Shown: one piece after another, positions 36,001 through 46,460 of the stretch
Layout: each line of letters begins with the position of its first letter
How positions within the stretch are numbered: position 1 is the stretch's first letter
Assembly: GCA_964036045.1 (NCBI GenBank)
Contig: OZ038378.1
Span: 161,386,001-161,450,000, forward strand
Source of the DNA: Eutreptiella sp. 'Long Island Sound 2002'
Lineage: Eukaryota; Protista; Euglenida
Direction of reading: 5' to 3'
DNA length: 64,000 nucleotides
Notes under the pieces: model-generated
Databases searched by the model: none
What the model saw: only the letters and a program-made list of their open reading frames with translations
Told to the model about the DNA's origin: nothing
Position numbers and translations under genes: made by a program

Positions 36001-39000
36001 CAGCTGCCTGAACCACAGGTCTAGACCTGTAGCCCCCAGGGAGGGTGTGCCCGACAAGACTGGACGCTCCTACCCCACGAAACCCTCTGCGGACCCTTGG
36101 CCCTCTCCCGCCATTGTCCCTTACCCTCAGAAGGGGGGTGCTTGACAAAAGTGGACGCCCCTGTCTGCGTGGGAAAGGGGAGGTAGGTGCGAGCCATGCG
36201 GCCCAGTGGGGTTAAAATGCAGGCGGACCTCTACCTCCGCCGCACCAAAGCTGCCATCTGCCTGCCCATGGAGTGCAGTGCTGTGCTGTGCAGGTGCAGT
36301 GCTAACATCGCCTGCGCAAGCTGTCTGTGCACTGTGTGTTTTGCTGTCTGGTATATGCAGTCTGCTTTTGCGTATTAGTGCCGCAACATGTGGTCTAGCA
36401 GCAGCAAGCGCACTCGTTGGTGTTGTTGCGATGTGATCAGGGCATGGTATGCCCGTTTTGCCACGGAGGCTTGGTTGTATATCGTCTTGAGGTATCTCAG
36501 GTGCGCCATGGCGTTTTCCAGTGCAAAGGCATACTGGTAGGCCCTGGTGACCATGCAAAGGTGTCTCCTGGTGTGATCCTCCATATAAGAGAGATAGCGG
36601 GCCCAACGCGCATTGAGCACGTTGTGGAGACGGGGGTGTTTGTTGGACACACCCATAGAGGGGGACGGGCGCATAATGGTTCGTGTGAACCACTGGACAG
36701 CGTCGTCGTCTGTAGCCTATCGGGCTTCTTGCAGCCAAGTGTCCACATCCATGAGAGGCCGTTCAATCACGACCTCCCTCTTGCGCTTTTTGGGCATCCC
36801 GTATGGGGTTCCGACGTGGTTGCGCAGGTTCTGTGGTATTTCCCGCAGCGTGTAGTAGCTCGTTGTGAAATGGGAGATCCACAAGGGCGACGGCGGTTGG
36901 TCCGGTGTGGGGTCCACCAGTTTGCGGCGGAGTCCCTGCACCCGCATTGCCCGGAATTGGAAGAGGCTGACAACAGCGCGGAACTTGTAGCGTTCCTATT
37001 GGGGGAAGGCCTCCACCAGGGAATGCGGGATGAGTAGGCGTGCACACAACCATTTTTTGTGGTGTGTTGCCGTCCGGTGCCATGATTGGCCATGATTGGG
37101 CATGGTGCGCCCAGTCGGTCCACCGGTCCAAAAGACCAACCATGTGGTGCAGAATGCTAAGCGCATCTGAACCGAGCCGCCGTGTCTTTGTCCGCGGGAA
37201 CCGCACAATGTCGGGATGTGTTCCCATGGCGCTCCGTGGCCCCACTAGCACACCTGGCCCTAGAGCCAAGGGATCCAAGCGGTGCGGCGGTAGTGTTTGA
37301 GAGGGATCCAACTAACCCAGTGCACATCTGCCGTTTGTTTCTGTCGTCGAAGTTGCATGATCCATGATTTAGCGGGTGTTGGCACGATGTGCCCGTGCGA
37401 TGTCGTGTGGTTGTGGTGGGGGTAAGTCCATGGGTAAATTGTCACCCATGTTGGCCAACACGTCGGAGTCGTTGTTACCCTGCATGTCCTGATAATCCTG
37501 GTAGGTGGTGGCCTGGTGCACTTCCCAGTGGCCCGCATTCCAACGTACGGTCAGGGTTTTGGACGTGCCGTTTTTACAGCTGGGGTCGCGATAGTCTTGG
37601 TCCTTGACTACACCCTTTCGGTGTATAGGTGTTGCCTTAACAACCCCCTGGTTGTCAAGGATGATTCGTCACCGGGTTGCGCTAGATGGGAGGCAACGGC
37701 ACAGGCCATAGTTTCCGCTCGGTAGACCTGTTGTGGTATGTGTACGCGGAAGGCTACCCGGTGAGTTCCGGTTTCGAATCCCCCCCGCCCGTCCATGTCG
37801 TTTGGAGCCGTTGGTATACCACCGTGTGGTGGTGGGCTGTCCGGTGTAGTGCACTGTTACACCCAGTATGTTTTGTGTGTTGGGTAGCTCCGACACTACC
37901 TTGTTTCGTCTGGGGTGGGCTCATCAGGTGGTGTCAAGCCGTCGTACCATATGCGATGCGTTGCAACTTGTATCCGCCCCGCTTCGAGCTCACGGTCCTC
38001 CTCTGAGCTCTCGGAGTCGTAGAGCCCATCGGAGGGTGGTCTCTGTACTCTGGGCGCGAAATGAGCTGTCCTGCTGTACCCCCTAGGGTACGTACGGCAT
38101 CCAGTTATTTGTATTGTGGGGCGGTGAGTTGGTGGGAGGTTTGGCCCTCTTTACGCACCTCGGTCTGTCCTAGTGTGACCCAACGGGCTAGGAAGGACCA
38201 CCATAATTGGCGCAGACCTAGGCCTCCTTCCCACACGTCGGTGGTAATGTGGTGCCAGTTCATTCTTCATTTTCACCAACCCCTTTGCCTCCTCAATTTC
38301 ATTGCCACATTACATGAAAACATGTCACAACATTTGACTCACTTCTTTCTACATTCTAGGATCTTTTTGTCTACCACATTCTCGTTTTTATCAACCCCTT
38401 TGCCTCCTCAATTTCATCGCCACATTACATGAAAACATGTCACAACGCCACAAAGGCAGACACAACGCCGCATATGCAGCATTGAACAATCTTTGCTGGT
38501 GACAAAACAGGCGTCTTTAATTCATGTACAATTCCTGAAAATGGCAAGCTTAATGCCATGCACGGACAAATCATAATGTATGATGTGGATGCAGCTGTTA
38601 TGAGAGTTGTGCACAGTGTGCTCATGAGTGGACGGTGCTTGAGTGAAAGCCAATTTGTAGGACTTGAACAGCATCTAGTCAACCGTGCGTACCCCCCTCC
38701 CCTATGGAGTGGCAGGGGCAAGAGGTGCGGCACTGGAAAAGTCCACCTCAACAACTTGTAGCGGCTGTTCCTCGGCCTCATTGTCTTGGCATCCCTCAAG
38801 GAAGCCATACATGTGTTGGGCTAACCATCTAGTGGAGGGGTGCCCCCCCTCCAATAGCACCCATATGGAAGGGTAGTGATGAAACAATCATAATCTGGCG
38901 AAAAGTCCACCTCAACAACTTGTAGCGGCTGTTCCTCGGCCTCATTGTCTTGGCATCCCTCAAGGAAGCCATACATGTGTTGGGCTAACCATCTAGTGGA

Positions 39001-40856
39001 GGGGTGCCCCCCCTCCAATAGCACCCATATGGAAGGGTAGTGATGAAAAAATCATAATCTGGCAGGCCAAGGCGAGGAAAACCGGAAGCCTACTTGCGAG
39101 CGAAGGGGGGGGGGATCTGGCCTCGGATTAGCTCCACGTCCCAGTGACCATTGCCGCGGCTAGTGTAGCTGCCACGGCCGCCGTCGCAGCGCCGCGGGCT
39201 GCCTCGTCATGTGAGGCTTGCGCCCCTGACGCGGTTGCTGCCACCGCAGTCATGGGCGGCATTGCGGCTGATGCCATGGCGCGGTGACAACGACCACCCG
39301 TAGGGGAGTGTGCAATGCCTTCCAAGGCAGTGGACGTGTGGATGCCGTCTACACATCCCCCGCTTCCGCCGAATGCCGCGGCCGTAGCTCTTGTCGTTGC
39401 ACCCACAACACACTGGGCTGGGGGACACACCACAGCCTCTTGCTTGGCAAGGCCTAGTCCACTTTGCCCAGCGGTTGTCACGACGTTGATGGGTGCGCCA
39501 ACCACGGAAGCCACGAGCTGTCGGCAGTCGGCAGTGGGCATGCCACCATGGGCTACATTGTCAGCCGCGACAACGCTAGCCACGGACCGGGATCCAGCCT
39601 TCGTGGCGGGCAGGCCGCGGGCGAGGAAAGCGGCAGTGGGGCCGGCTACGGAGATCCTCTGTGGCCGCGGTCCAAGTCATCAAGGGGCTGCGGCGGCGAA
39701 GGGTCCTAGGACTTGTCCGCCCAAGAGGCTAACGCCGTGGATCCCCCGAGGCCCAAAGGGTCGGCCAGCTACCCTGCGGCATGCTGTAGTGCAGTGCTAG
39801 CTAGGCTTTGAGTCCCCTAGGGCTGCATCCCCCAAGAGGGTTGCAAGCAACACACCTCTGCGCTCTACTCACTGGCGCACACACTGCTCCGTGTCCACCT
39901 AAGCGGCCTAGTCATGCGTACCAGGCAGCAACTCAACTTCCATGCCACGGCTATCGTTGAGCCGAGTACCCTATGTTCCACTCTCCGTCGTGGCAGCCAC
40001 ATCAAGCCAGCGGCCACCCACAAGGGGGATAGGGGACATCTGCATTGTCTACAACCATGGCAACAAAGTCCTCGGCATCAACGGTTGTGGCGCTGGGTGC
40101 AACTCCCGGGCCACCGCTTGTCTAACCGCTAGTTACTGGCCATCTCATCGACGACGACGCTGGCACTGCCGTGGGTAGGGTGGTGCACCCTTTGAACTGA
40201 AACTAGTAGGCGCCACCACTGGAGAGGGCAATGGTAGCTAGTCCTCCATACCGGATGGATGGACGGTGCCTGGCTTGGGCGGCAGCCGCAATGCGTGCGA
40301 GACAGCCAGGAGGGGGCTGGTGTAGTGATGTGGTGCAAGCAGCGAGGGTTGCTACGTGGTAGCCGAGTGGTGGGGGAGCGAGATAGCACACGCGTGCACA
40401 CCATGGGGTGTGGCCCGGCGCCACACGATGCACTACGGCGTGCAAGGGTCCCTCCAAGGGTTGCCTTCAGTGCTCCGGGAGGAGCAGCAACAATGTCACC
40501 ACATGTAGGAGCAAACAACACACATAATGGTTGTGAGCACGGATTGTCATGTCAGATGGCAGAGAAATGGGAGACTAGTAGAGGCGTTTCGTGGGACTAG
40601 GTTAGCGACAAGGGGTCGAGATGCACAACCATTCTGCCTCGGAGATGACCTGTCCTCACGGGACAGGAGGTTCTGACCAAGGGTACCGGGATGGGAGCAA
40701 TCATGAAGGTCAACCGCTATCAACTCTGGACTCAGCCGTGGCCGCTTGCTGGTGTTCTTCCGGTGTACATAGGCCTCTTTGCCCGTGGTGGTGTGGGTTT
40801 GCGGACTAGCGACCGGAGGCACGCCTATGGCCTATGGCAGGTTTGCGGGTGACCCA

Positions 40857-40909
<53 letters not shown>

Positions 40910-43278
40910 ATGTGTGCGCGCGCAAGCGCCAAATGCGCTATTACTAGCAGGCTATGTAGCTGGGACATTGTACCTATGGGAGCTAGTAGCCGGGGCTTAG
41001 GCCCTGAAACTTGAACCCTAAAAGCTGGCCGTAAACCCGTTTGTTGGGCAATGGAGTCCCTACCTGCCCGAGGGCCTGATCTGGTGTATCCAGCATGGCC
41101 TTCAAGGCTGTTGCTAGGTGGAGGGCCTTCCCTCCCTAGTAGACCTCCTTTGCGGTCTTGGCTCCTTGGCCGCCAATCACTGCCCGCGAGTCGTGGGGAT
41201 GGACATCACCAAAGTGCGAGTCCTTTAGAACCTACTGCCACTTGGGGCCGAGGCTGGCTAGCTTATGGGAGCAGGGTATGGTGGTGGGCTTGCAAGCAGG
41301 CGTGCCGGGCTGGGATACGCCGCACCCGTAGAGCGTGTTGGCGCAGATCTCAGAGCGGTCAGAGGGTATGCTCTGGGCAATAGAAATTCCCCACATGCTG
41401 GTGTCCCAATGTGACCGTCGTGTCGTGGATGGCCAGGGACAGCTGTAATGCGTGGTGAACACCGGGGGGATGGTGAGCGCCGTTACCCGGGGTTGTAACT
41501 TGGCTACACGCACTAGCACCGGCTTCATTTCTGGGCACGCTCTTGGGAGCCAAATGGGCCTACCTAACTGTGTGCTGTGTGTGTTTGTGTTGCGCGTGTG
41601 CATGTGTGTGTGGTCCTGTGATGGGGGTATTGTGTACTGAAAGTGCTTTGCCAGATGGCAATGGACGGGGTGCCTCACCACGGGGACAGGCAGATGGGTG
41701 GGCTGTCGACGTGACCGTGAAGCCAATCCTTAACCCTGTTGTAGCATGCTGTGGGTCAGGGGGGGCGTCCTCTCACAACCTGAGATGCCACTGGTGCAGT
41801 GTGTGCTGCACGCAGTCCAGGTTGGCTTGGGGTACCCCTTGCATCTCAGCTTGCTGGTGGAGTGTCAGCTCCCACAGTGCCCGGGTCATTTTGCAATGTG
41901 GTCCCGCCTGGGCCTTCAGTAGGGTGGTCCGGGCCTTGGCATGACTCGTCACCACCTGCCTGATGAACTGCACAGCCATCCCCTCCCGCCACGAGGCGGT
42001 AAGCGGATCGTTTGGCAAGCACCATCATGGTGGTGCCGCACTATGGCCATGTTGAGTGTGGTACAACAAGTCCAAAGGGAATCCCAAGGCAATTGTCTTC
42101 CTATCCGTCCTAGTCGCAACCTGCTCATGAGGCCAGTGCTAGAGGTCGGTGGGGGCAAGTTGACAGCTACTTGGTGGCTGCATCACCCTTGAGGTTGTGC
42201 TCCATGAGCTGGTGCAACGGAGTGAGGCATAGGGCGCCCCCCCCAGAGAATGTGCGCATGCCCGAGACGGCTGCCATCTCCGCAGTTCCCCCCCTCCGCG
42301 TCTGTATGGATAGGGCCCACAATGGTCGCCACAGGGGGTGAGTCGGTATGTATTCACGGTGTCGATTGCAAAGGTCCGTGCGCAGGAAACACTGCCCCAC
42401 ACCTGTCCATTGTCAGGCACGGGGACGCCCTGCCTGCCTTTGGCTCATCCACACTGAGGCGTGGCAAGGGCCAGTGGTCCAGGGTATACACACGTATGGA
42501 GGGTGGGGCATGCATCACCTGTGCACCTCACGGCACTGACTGCCCACGGGGCGGGCCCTGGAGCGAGGGGAGCCCTCGGGCCGTGGCTGCGAGAAAAGGG
42601 AATATACCTGGCACTCGTGTCTTTGCCTGCATGGCCAGAATCTCTCTGAGGGCCCTCGCGATGATCTCCCTGTACCTGCGGGGGCGGAGGAGCCAATCGA
42701 CCGGAGGCAGGGGGGGCGGAGCGTGCGGGTGCGCGCGCGCGCGCACACGCACGCACCCACCCACGCACGCACGCACACACAAACACAACACAGCACAGCA
42801 CAACACAGCACAGCACAACACAGCACAGCACAACACAACACAACACAGCACAACACAACACAACACAGCGCAGCACAGCATAGCACAGCACAGCACAGCA
42901 CAGCACAGCACAGCACAGCACAGCACAGCACACTACAGCACAGCACAGCACACCACACCACACCACACCACACCACACCACAGCACACCACAGCACACCA
43001 CAGCACACCACAGCACACCACAGCACATCACAGCACACCACAGCACACCACAGCACAGCACAGCACAGCACAGCACAGCACAGCACAGCACAGCACAGCA
43101 CAGCACAACAGAACACAACACAACACAACACAACACAGCACAGCACAGCACAGCACAGCACAGCACAGCACAGCACAGCACAGCACAGCACAGCACAACA
43201 CAACACAACACAACACAACACAACACACCACACCACACCACACCACACCACACCACACCACAGCGCAGCGCACGCACG

Positions 43279-43330
<52 letters not shown>

Positions 43331-43977
43331 GCTGTTAACATCAACAACACAGAGCCCTGCGGACATCGTGCCCATGCAGCATCAGAGCAGCACAAACCCC
43401 ATGGTACATGACACACGGTACACAAAAGCAAACGGTGACGGGTGCTCAGCGCCAGCTGCACCTTCGGTCCACCAAATTATCTTTCTCCATCAGCAAGCAC
43501 CTTCGGTGTGACGTCTCACTGACGTTGTCATTTTCTACAAGAGGCCAGCCGCTGCACCAAAGGTCTACGCGACACAGCACAGGCACGCACGCACACACGC
43601 CTGGGCGGAGCCCTGAAGCGGGGCCGCACACCCTCCAACGCGTGTTGGTGAGGGGGCAGGGCTGTCAGGCACCCCTGCAGCACCGCCCCCACCCCCAGAC
43701 ATGCCCCCAATGCGGACCCGCAGTACAAGTGTTGGGCATGCGCCGCACACGCAGACCCCAGACATTGGGGGGGGGGGGGGCTGCATCGGAATGCCCAAAG
43801 GGGGCGTCCCACAGCGCCACCGCATGGCCCCTACGCGGCCCATGAGAAGGGGCCCCTCCCCACGGGGCCCTGGCACGCCCCGCCCCAGCGCACTGGTGGG
43901 GGGTGGACCTGCCGGTTGGTGGAGGGCCTCCAGTCGTCCGCCTCCCAGTCCCCGTAGTCCTCCGAGTCTTGGTAGTC
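10548..43977 (-). CDS. Partial multi-exon gene (10 exons, 1398 nt): intrinsically disordered R/D/G/S/Y/W-rich protein; 5' end not found
   Basis: Exons 43909-43977, 42608-42675, 34197-34299, 31893-32057, 29203-29297, 28969-29100, 28102-28157, 14219-14491, 13178-13408, 10548-10753. All junctions are GT-AG, all phases match, there is no internal stop, and composition is uniform. Confidence 0.8.
11050..12330 (+). pseudogene. Degenerate Penelope-like reverse transcriptase remnant (intronic)
   Basis: RT-like motifs in the expected order: CDIDQ (~11320), MG(G)MCSAQLANIFCLIKE (~11907, frameshifted), YADNI (12044), then LQIEGEG..W.SLNATL. Stops, frameshifts and an internal degenerate duplication (11095-11190 vs 11700-11800). 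Confidence 0.65.
13178..13408 (-). CDS. Exon (YYDYDREYDRSHDYEERR...NWDYQHHH)
   Basis: Acceptor CCACAG, donor G|GTGTGC, phase 1-1, 231 nt. Confidence 0.85.
14219..14491 (-). CDS. Exon (KDKLRADDDDDD...WDRQWDYERE...RDYGA)
   Basis: Acceptor CTCCTCCAAAG, donor G|GTGTCG, phase 1-1, 273 nt. Confidence 0.85.
14545..14800. repeat. CAG/AAC-rich low-complexity tract
   Basis: Imperfect (CAG)n/(CAA)n. Its right part (about 14730-14960) is shared with the duplicated blocks at 16815-17050 and 21520-21760. Confidence 0.8.
15132..15180. repeat. (TG)n microsatellite
   Basis: Perfect dinucleotide run; similar runs at ~8058, ~32138, ~33060 and ~40860. Confidence 0.95.
15340..16010. repeat. Degenerate purine-rich repeat (CAGCCAGAAAAACCAAGGGG-like)
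   Basis: Recurring GGGGCAGCC / CAGAAA / CCAAGGGG motifs at 30-45 bp spacing. Confidence 0.6.
16527..17225. repeat. Near-identical direct duplication of ~21235-22035
   Basis: Offset 4708 bp; begins TACGGCTTG(A/G)TACTCCCCTGCTTCC and ends in a length-variable TATACG tract. Confidence 0.92.
17062..17225. repeat. Alternating purine-pyrimidine tract (TATACG/CGTATA)n
   Basis: Built from self-complementary blocks such as TATACGCGTATA; a longer copy lies at ~21772-22035. Confidence 0.9.
17590..18850 (+). pseudogene. Probable decayed non-LTR retrotransposon ORF2 C-terminal region
   Basis: Frameshifted peptides (QTSAVRLQRLPR..REVV..HWLYDNAR..ALVYNSQ) are loosely colinear with TTSYYTLREIP..REVV..QWF..TIYNQA at 36400-36900. 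Confidence 0.35.
19075..19585. repeat. Minisatellite, ~42-45 bp unit (GAGTTGTTCCTGGGGTCAGGGG.CACCCC.ATACTCCCCC)
   Basis: About 11 diverged tandem copies. Confidence 0.85.
19922..21334 (-). pseudogene. Non-LTR retrotransposon ORF2-like fragment (post-RT region with Zn finger), one in-frame TAG
   Basis: ORFs 20582-21334 and 19922-20572 are in the same frame, separated by a single stop. Contains HLGIRL (RT motif-7-like), CHGC-x8-H-x-C-x5-CEGC and PPDEPT; PPDEPT also precedes RNase H in the 36-38 kb element. Confidence 0.5.
22345..25119. repeat. ~170-bp satellite with internal palindromes; last ~480 bp inverted
   Basis: Unit TTGGCACTTCGCGTCTACAACATGCCGACAGTGTCTACAATTAGCAGGCCGCGTCTACTTGGGG...ACCCGTGTACACGGGT...GGGAAGGGGGCCTTCGGCCCCCTTCCC; orientation flips at ~24641. 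Confidence 0.95.
25455..25920. repeat. CAA/CAG/CAC-rich low-complexity tract
   Basis: Imperfect trinucleotide-like repeats; the Q/N/S-rich ORFs here are artefacts. Confidence 0.75.
27108..27310. mobile_element. Partial copy of a dispersed foldback MITE family (cf. 51478-51800)
   Basis: Shares TTGCTTA.CAACGGGGGG, GACCCACCCACCCT, TTTCCTCT.GGGAAA and AAAAGTGAGAGGCCCA..GGTACACAAACTCT with 51478-51640. Confidence 0.7.
28102..28157 (-). CDS. Micro-exon (CFQDHYRQHQKDRPWADK)
   Basis: Bridges phase 2 to phase 1, giving WADK|GKDK; donor G|GTGACA. An alternative acceptor gives exon start 28147. Confidence 0.6.
28969..29100 (-). CDS. Exon (YDDRYEHGGWSGKGER...RKRRDR)
   Basis: Acceptor CCCCCGTCAG, donor AG|GTCTGT, phase 2-2. 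Confidence 0.8.
29203..29297 (-). CDS. Exon (SDSEDRRRREGGRHAK...REYDD)
   Basis: Acceptor GTCGTTACAG, donor AG|GTGCAG, phase 0-2. Confidence 0.8.
29437..30750. repeat. 22-bp minisatellite CACCACTC(A/G)TACCACCCC(C/T)GCA
   Basis: About 60 near-perfect tandem copies inside an intron. The 484-569 aa ORFs here are artefacts. Confidence 0.97.
31290..31620 (+). pseudogene. Non-LTR retrotransposon ORF2 fragment (GGLG-motif region)
   Basis: LVKQAARSSLSLPSWFPSRWLLCLLRLGGMGFPCL matches the R..L.LP...P...L......GGLG.P pattern found after the LINE RT domain. Confidence 0.6.
31893..32057 (-). CDS. Exon (YWNAYDDGSDYDYDYPPER...RDWDYYG)
   Basis: Acceptor CTGTGCCGCAG, donor GGG|GTGTGC, phase 0-0. Confidence 0.85.
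34197..34299 (-). CDS. Exon (HKSRRGKSEDSPSDPKKQQPSSGSGRRRKAAHDQ)
   Basis: Acceptor GACTGCCAG, donor CAG|GTCAGA, phase 2-0. Confidence 0.75.
34400..34835. repeat. GT/GGGT-rich compound microsatellite
   Basis: Mixed (GT)n, (GGGT)n and (GCGT)n. Confidence 0.9.
36375..38260 (-). mobile_element. Decayed non-LTR retrotransposon with RNase H and C-terminal Zn knuckle
   Basis: WYTNGSK (~37802-37822), QQVYRAE...A..A..LA, IILDNQGVV (RNase H motifs, first Asp replaced by Asn), then LCGS...RLAFC (~37150). Multiple frameshifts; no RT core in view. Confidence 0.75.
38737..39064. repeat. 164-bp tandem duplication (2 copies)
   Basis: AAAAGTCCACCTCAACAAC...ATCATAATCTGGC repeated at offset 164. Confidence 0.92.
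42608..42675 (-). CDS. Exon (VQGDHREGPQRDSGHAGKDTSA)
   Basis: Acceptor CTCCGCCCCCGCAG, donor AG|GTATAT, phase 0-2; exactly bridges its two neighbouring exons. Confidence 0.75.
42775..43327. repeat. Compound pentanucleotide microsatellite (CAGCA/CACAA/CACCA)n plus (CA)n
   Basis: Directly visible; source of the C/V/L/A and H/S/T/Q artefact ORFs. Confidence 0.96.
43909..43977 (-). CDS. Most 5' confidently placed exon (DYQDSEDYGDWEADDWRPSTNRQ)
   Basis: Acceptor CCCTTTGTGTCGCAG, donor CAG|GTCCAC, phase 0-0. Confidence 0.75.
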
Positions 43978-45964
43978 CTGCGACACAAAGGGCACACAGC
44001 GCAGGGCCTTCCCCCGTCGTCTCCCTCATCCCCCGCCAGAGCCCCGGCCGCAGGGCCCGGGCAGAGGCTGTGGGCCGTGCTCGGGTCTTGCGAGGGGACG
44101 GGGCCCACAGAGGCATGGCCTTGGGCGGGGGCGGGGGCGGGGGCGTCCCCCGGACATCGCAGTGCACTGCGGCGGCGGGTCTTGTCTGTTTGGGGGGGGG
44201 GTGGGCACTGAACGGGGGACGTCGGCCCCTGTGGACCACTGCTCACGGGCCATCGCACGCCTGAGCCCCCGAAACGGGACGGAGGTGGGGCCGTGGGACG
44301 TGCGGAACGCCGTGAGCCTCTGCGCTATGGATCGGGGGGGGGGGGGGGGCGCTGGTGCTGTGCGGGCGTTGTGTGTGTGGGGGGGGGGGGGGGCAGTGCA
44401 CAGTGCATGCCCCCGGGAGGGGGGGGGGGGGCACCAAGGGTCAGGTTTGCTTCCCCGCAATCCGCCGCCACCGCGCCTGCCCCCACGGTCTTCACTGCTC
44501 TCAGTTCCAGATGACGTTCTCTGTGCTGGCGGTCCGATGGTGCAATGGCTGGGGTTAGGGGCGAGGGCCCTTCCTCCCTCGTCCACTGTACCACGTCAGC
44601 CGTCGCCTGTTGGGCCTTTGGGGAATGCCGACCTCCGCCGTGGCGTACGCCCAATGCAGGGGCCTGGCCGAGGGGCTTCAGGGGCTGTACCTCTATTGGG
44701 GGAGGGGCGTGCAGGCGGGTCAAAGGTCGTCAGTGGGACGGCATTCGCTTGCGCTGGCCCCACTCGGCCATGCTGCCCCCTGGGCCTATGGGCCTAGTGG
44801 GTACCGGGAGGGGGGATGGGCACCACCGACGGAGTAGAATGGCAGACTTGGCCAGGGCACATGGGGGTTTGGGGGGGGCACAGGGCCCTGCCGTCCCGCC
44901 GGCCGTCATGGGGCTGGGCCCATACACAAGCGCCGGGGGGGACTGCAGGGGGGAGTGCTACCAAAATAATCTGCAACAAGCGACAACACACTACAACTCA
45001 CAAATGCATCAATTAACAGAAACATACTGTTCAAAACGGAATGACCTCCAAAACACATATATTGCCATGGAATCACACTGATCCCTATGGTAAAGCTTAG
45101 AGAATTGCTCAAATGCAATTGAATTGCGCAGATGCACAACGGGCATTCATTTGTCATTCCCTTCTTGTTATGCCCCTCTATTGACACATTGCACTCCTTT
45201 ACGGAATGCTTAGGACTCCATTTCAACGCATGAAAAATGGTCTTCGGCCGAAAACACCCTTTTCCACCAAAATAATCATTGCAAGAAACTTACAAATACT
45301 ACAGACCAGTGCAACAGAAAACATCATTTCGGCAGGGCTCATTTGTTGTGTCACCGGTAGTGCCCTCTAGCGGAGCACAGGCTTGTCTTTTACAAATCGC
45401 CCTGGCTTGCATCCAGGAGGCACACCGTGCGCTGTCAGGAAATGCAACTGTTTTTCACCACAAGGGACCATGGATCCCAGGGTCCTGAATTCTGCACCCC
45501 CATGGTGCTTTTTAGGGGTGTTATGGGGGTAAACAACGTAATAATTGGCAACAATTAGTGCTGCGCACTTGCTGTGCGAAAATGCCACCCCCCCCCTTCC
45601 CCCCAGTGTGTGCCATCCATGATCCGTTTGACGCTTTCGAGGGTTCCTGCATCTGTGACCCGTGTTTTCAAGCGGTTCATCATGCTGAATTCCTTCATGC
45701 TGAAGAAGAGAATGACTTCAACACCGTGGCGGATGTACATGGCGATAATGGGGAATGAAGCAGATGCAATCAACATAAGAAAAGCAACAAATGTAGGGGA
45801 CCCTACGTGACAAAGGAATCACAATAGGTCACCAAGCACACATGGCAAGAGAGGTCAAGATCGGGATATTGGGAAGGGGGAAGGTTGCTTGAGTCCCATG
45901 AACCCATATCTACTCTGACCCTCAAACCGATTCAACGGGTAATGACACCCAAATCTGTGTGCGG

Positions 45965-46215
45965 AAATGGCTCTTCACCTCCGCCACGGGGGGGCCTAGC
46001 TGAACATGACCAGGCCGCAGCGTGACCCCAGCAGTCTTGAACACTTGCCTCCTCCAGTGGGGGTGTTTGAGGAGAGAAAGCAGTGCCCTCTCACAAGCCA
46101 ACAAAAAGCATTCCCCAGGGCCATCATACAAAACAGTGGCACCTCAGATGTGCAGCAAGGTTAAAGTGTTACAGCGTCGAGTATGGGAGACTATAGGGGG
46201 GTTCTTGTTCTTGGC
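45965..46215. repeat. Diverged partial copy of the ~500-bp unit at 48985-50940
   Basis: Shares GGCTCTTCACCTCCGCCACG...AAAGTGTTACAGCGTCGAGTATGG. Confidence 0.85.
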
Positions 46216-46219
46216 CCCT

Positions 46220-46460
46220 ATAGTTGAGGATACATACTCACAATCCACAAGGTGGTGGCCTGTTTAATTGGGGATATGGACTCACAATCTACAAGTTGGT
46301 GGCCCATTGAGTTGGGGATATGGACTCACAAACCAGAAGTTGGTTGCCCATTGAGTTGGGGATATGGACTCAACAATCCACAAATTCGTGCCCCTTTAGT
46401 TCGGGATATGGCTCACAATCCACACATTGGTGGCCGCTTTAGTTGGGGATTTGGATAAGC
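46220..46460. repeat. Short minisatellite (GTTGGGGATATGGACTCACAATCCACAAG..GGTGGCCC)
   Basis: 5-6 diverged copies of about 45 bp. Confidence 0.8.

Noticed and set aside
39100-42450. DIRS or LINE coding remnants
   Set aside because: Only vague similarity (AD..AR, FTT.Y); no diagnostic motif could be confirmed by eye.
42250-43511. Cys-rich or QHST-rich proteins
   Set aside because: Translations of pentanucleotide and dinucleotide microsatellites.
44436-44525. Next upstream exon of the disordered protein (QRTSSGTESSEDRGGRRGG...)
   Set aside because: Composition fits, but no phase-0 GT donor matches exon 43977, so it cannot be placed without transcripts.
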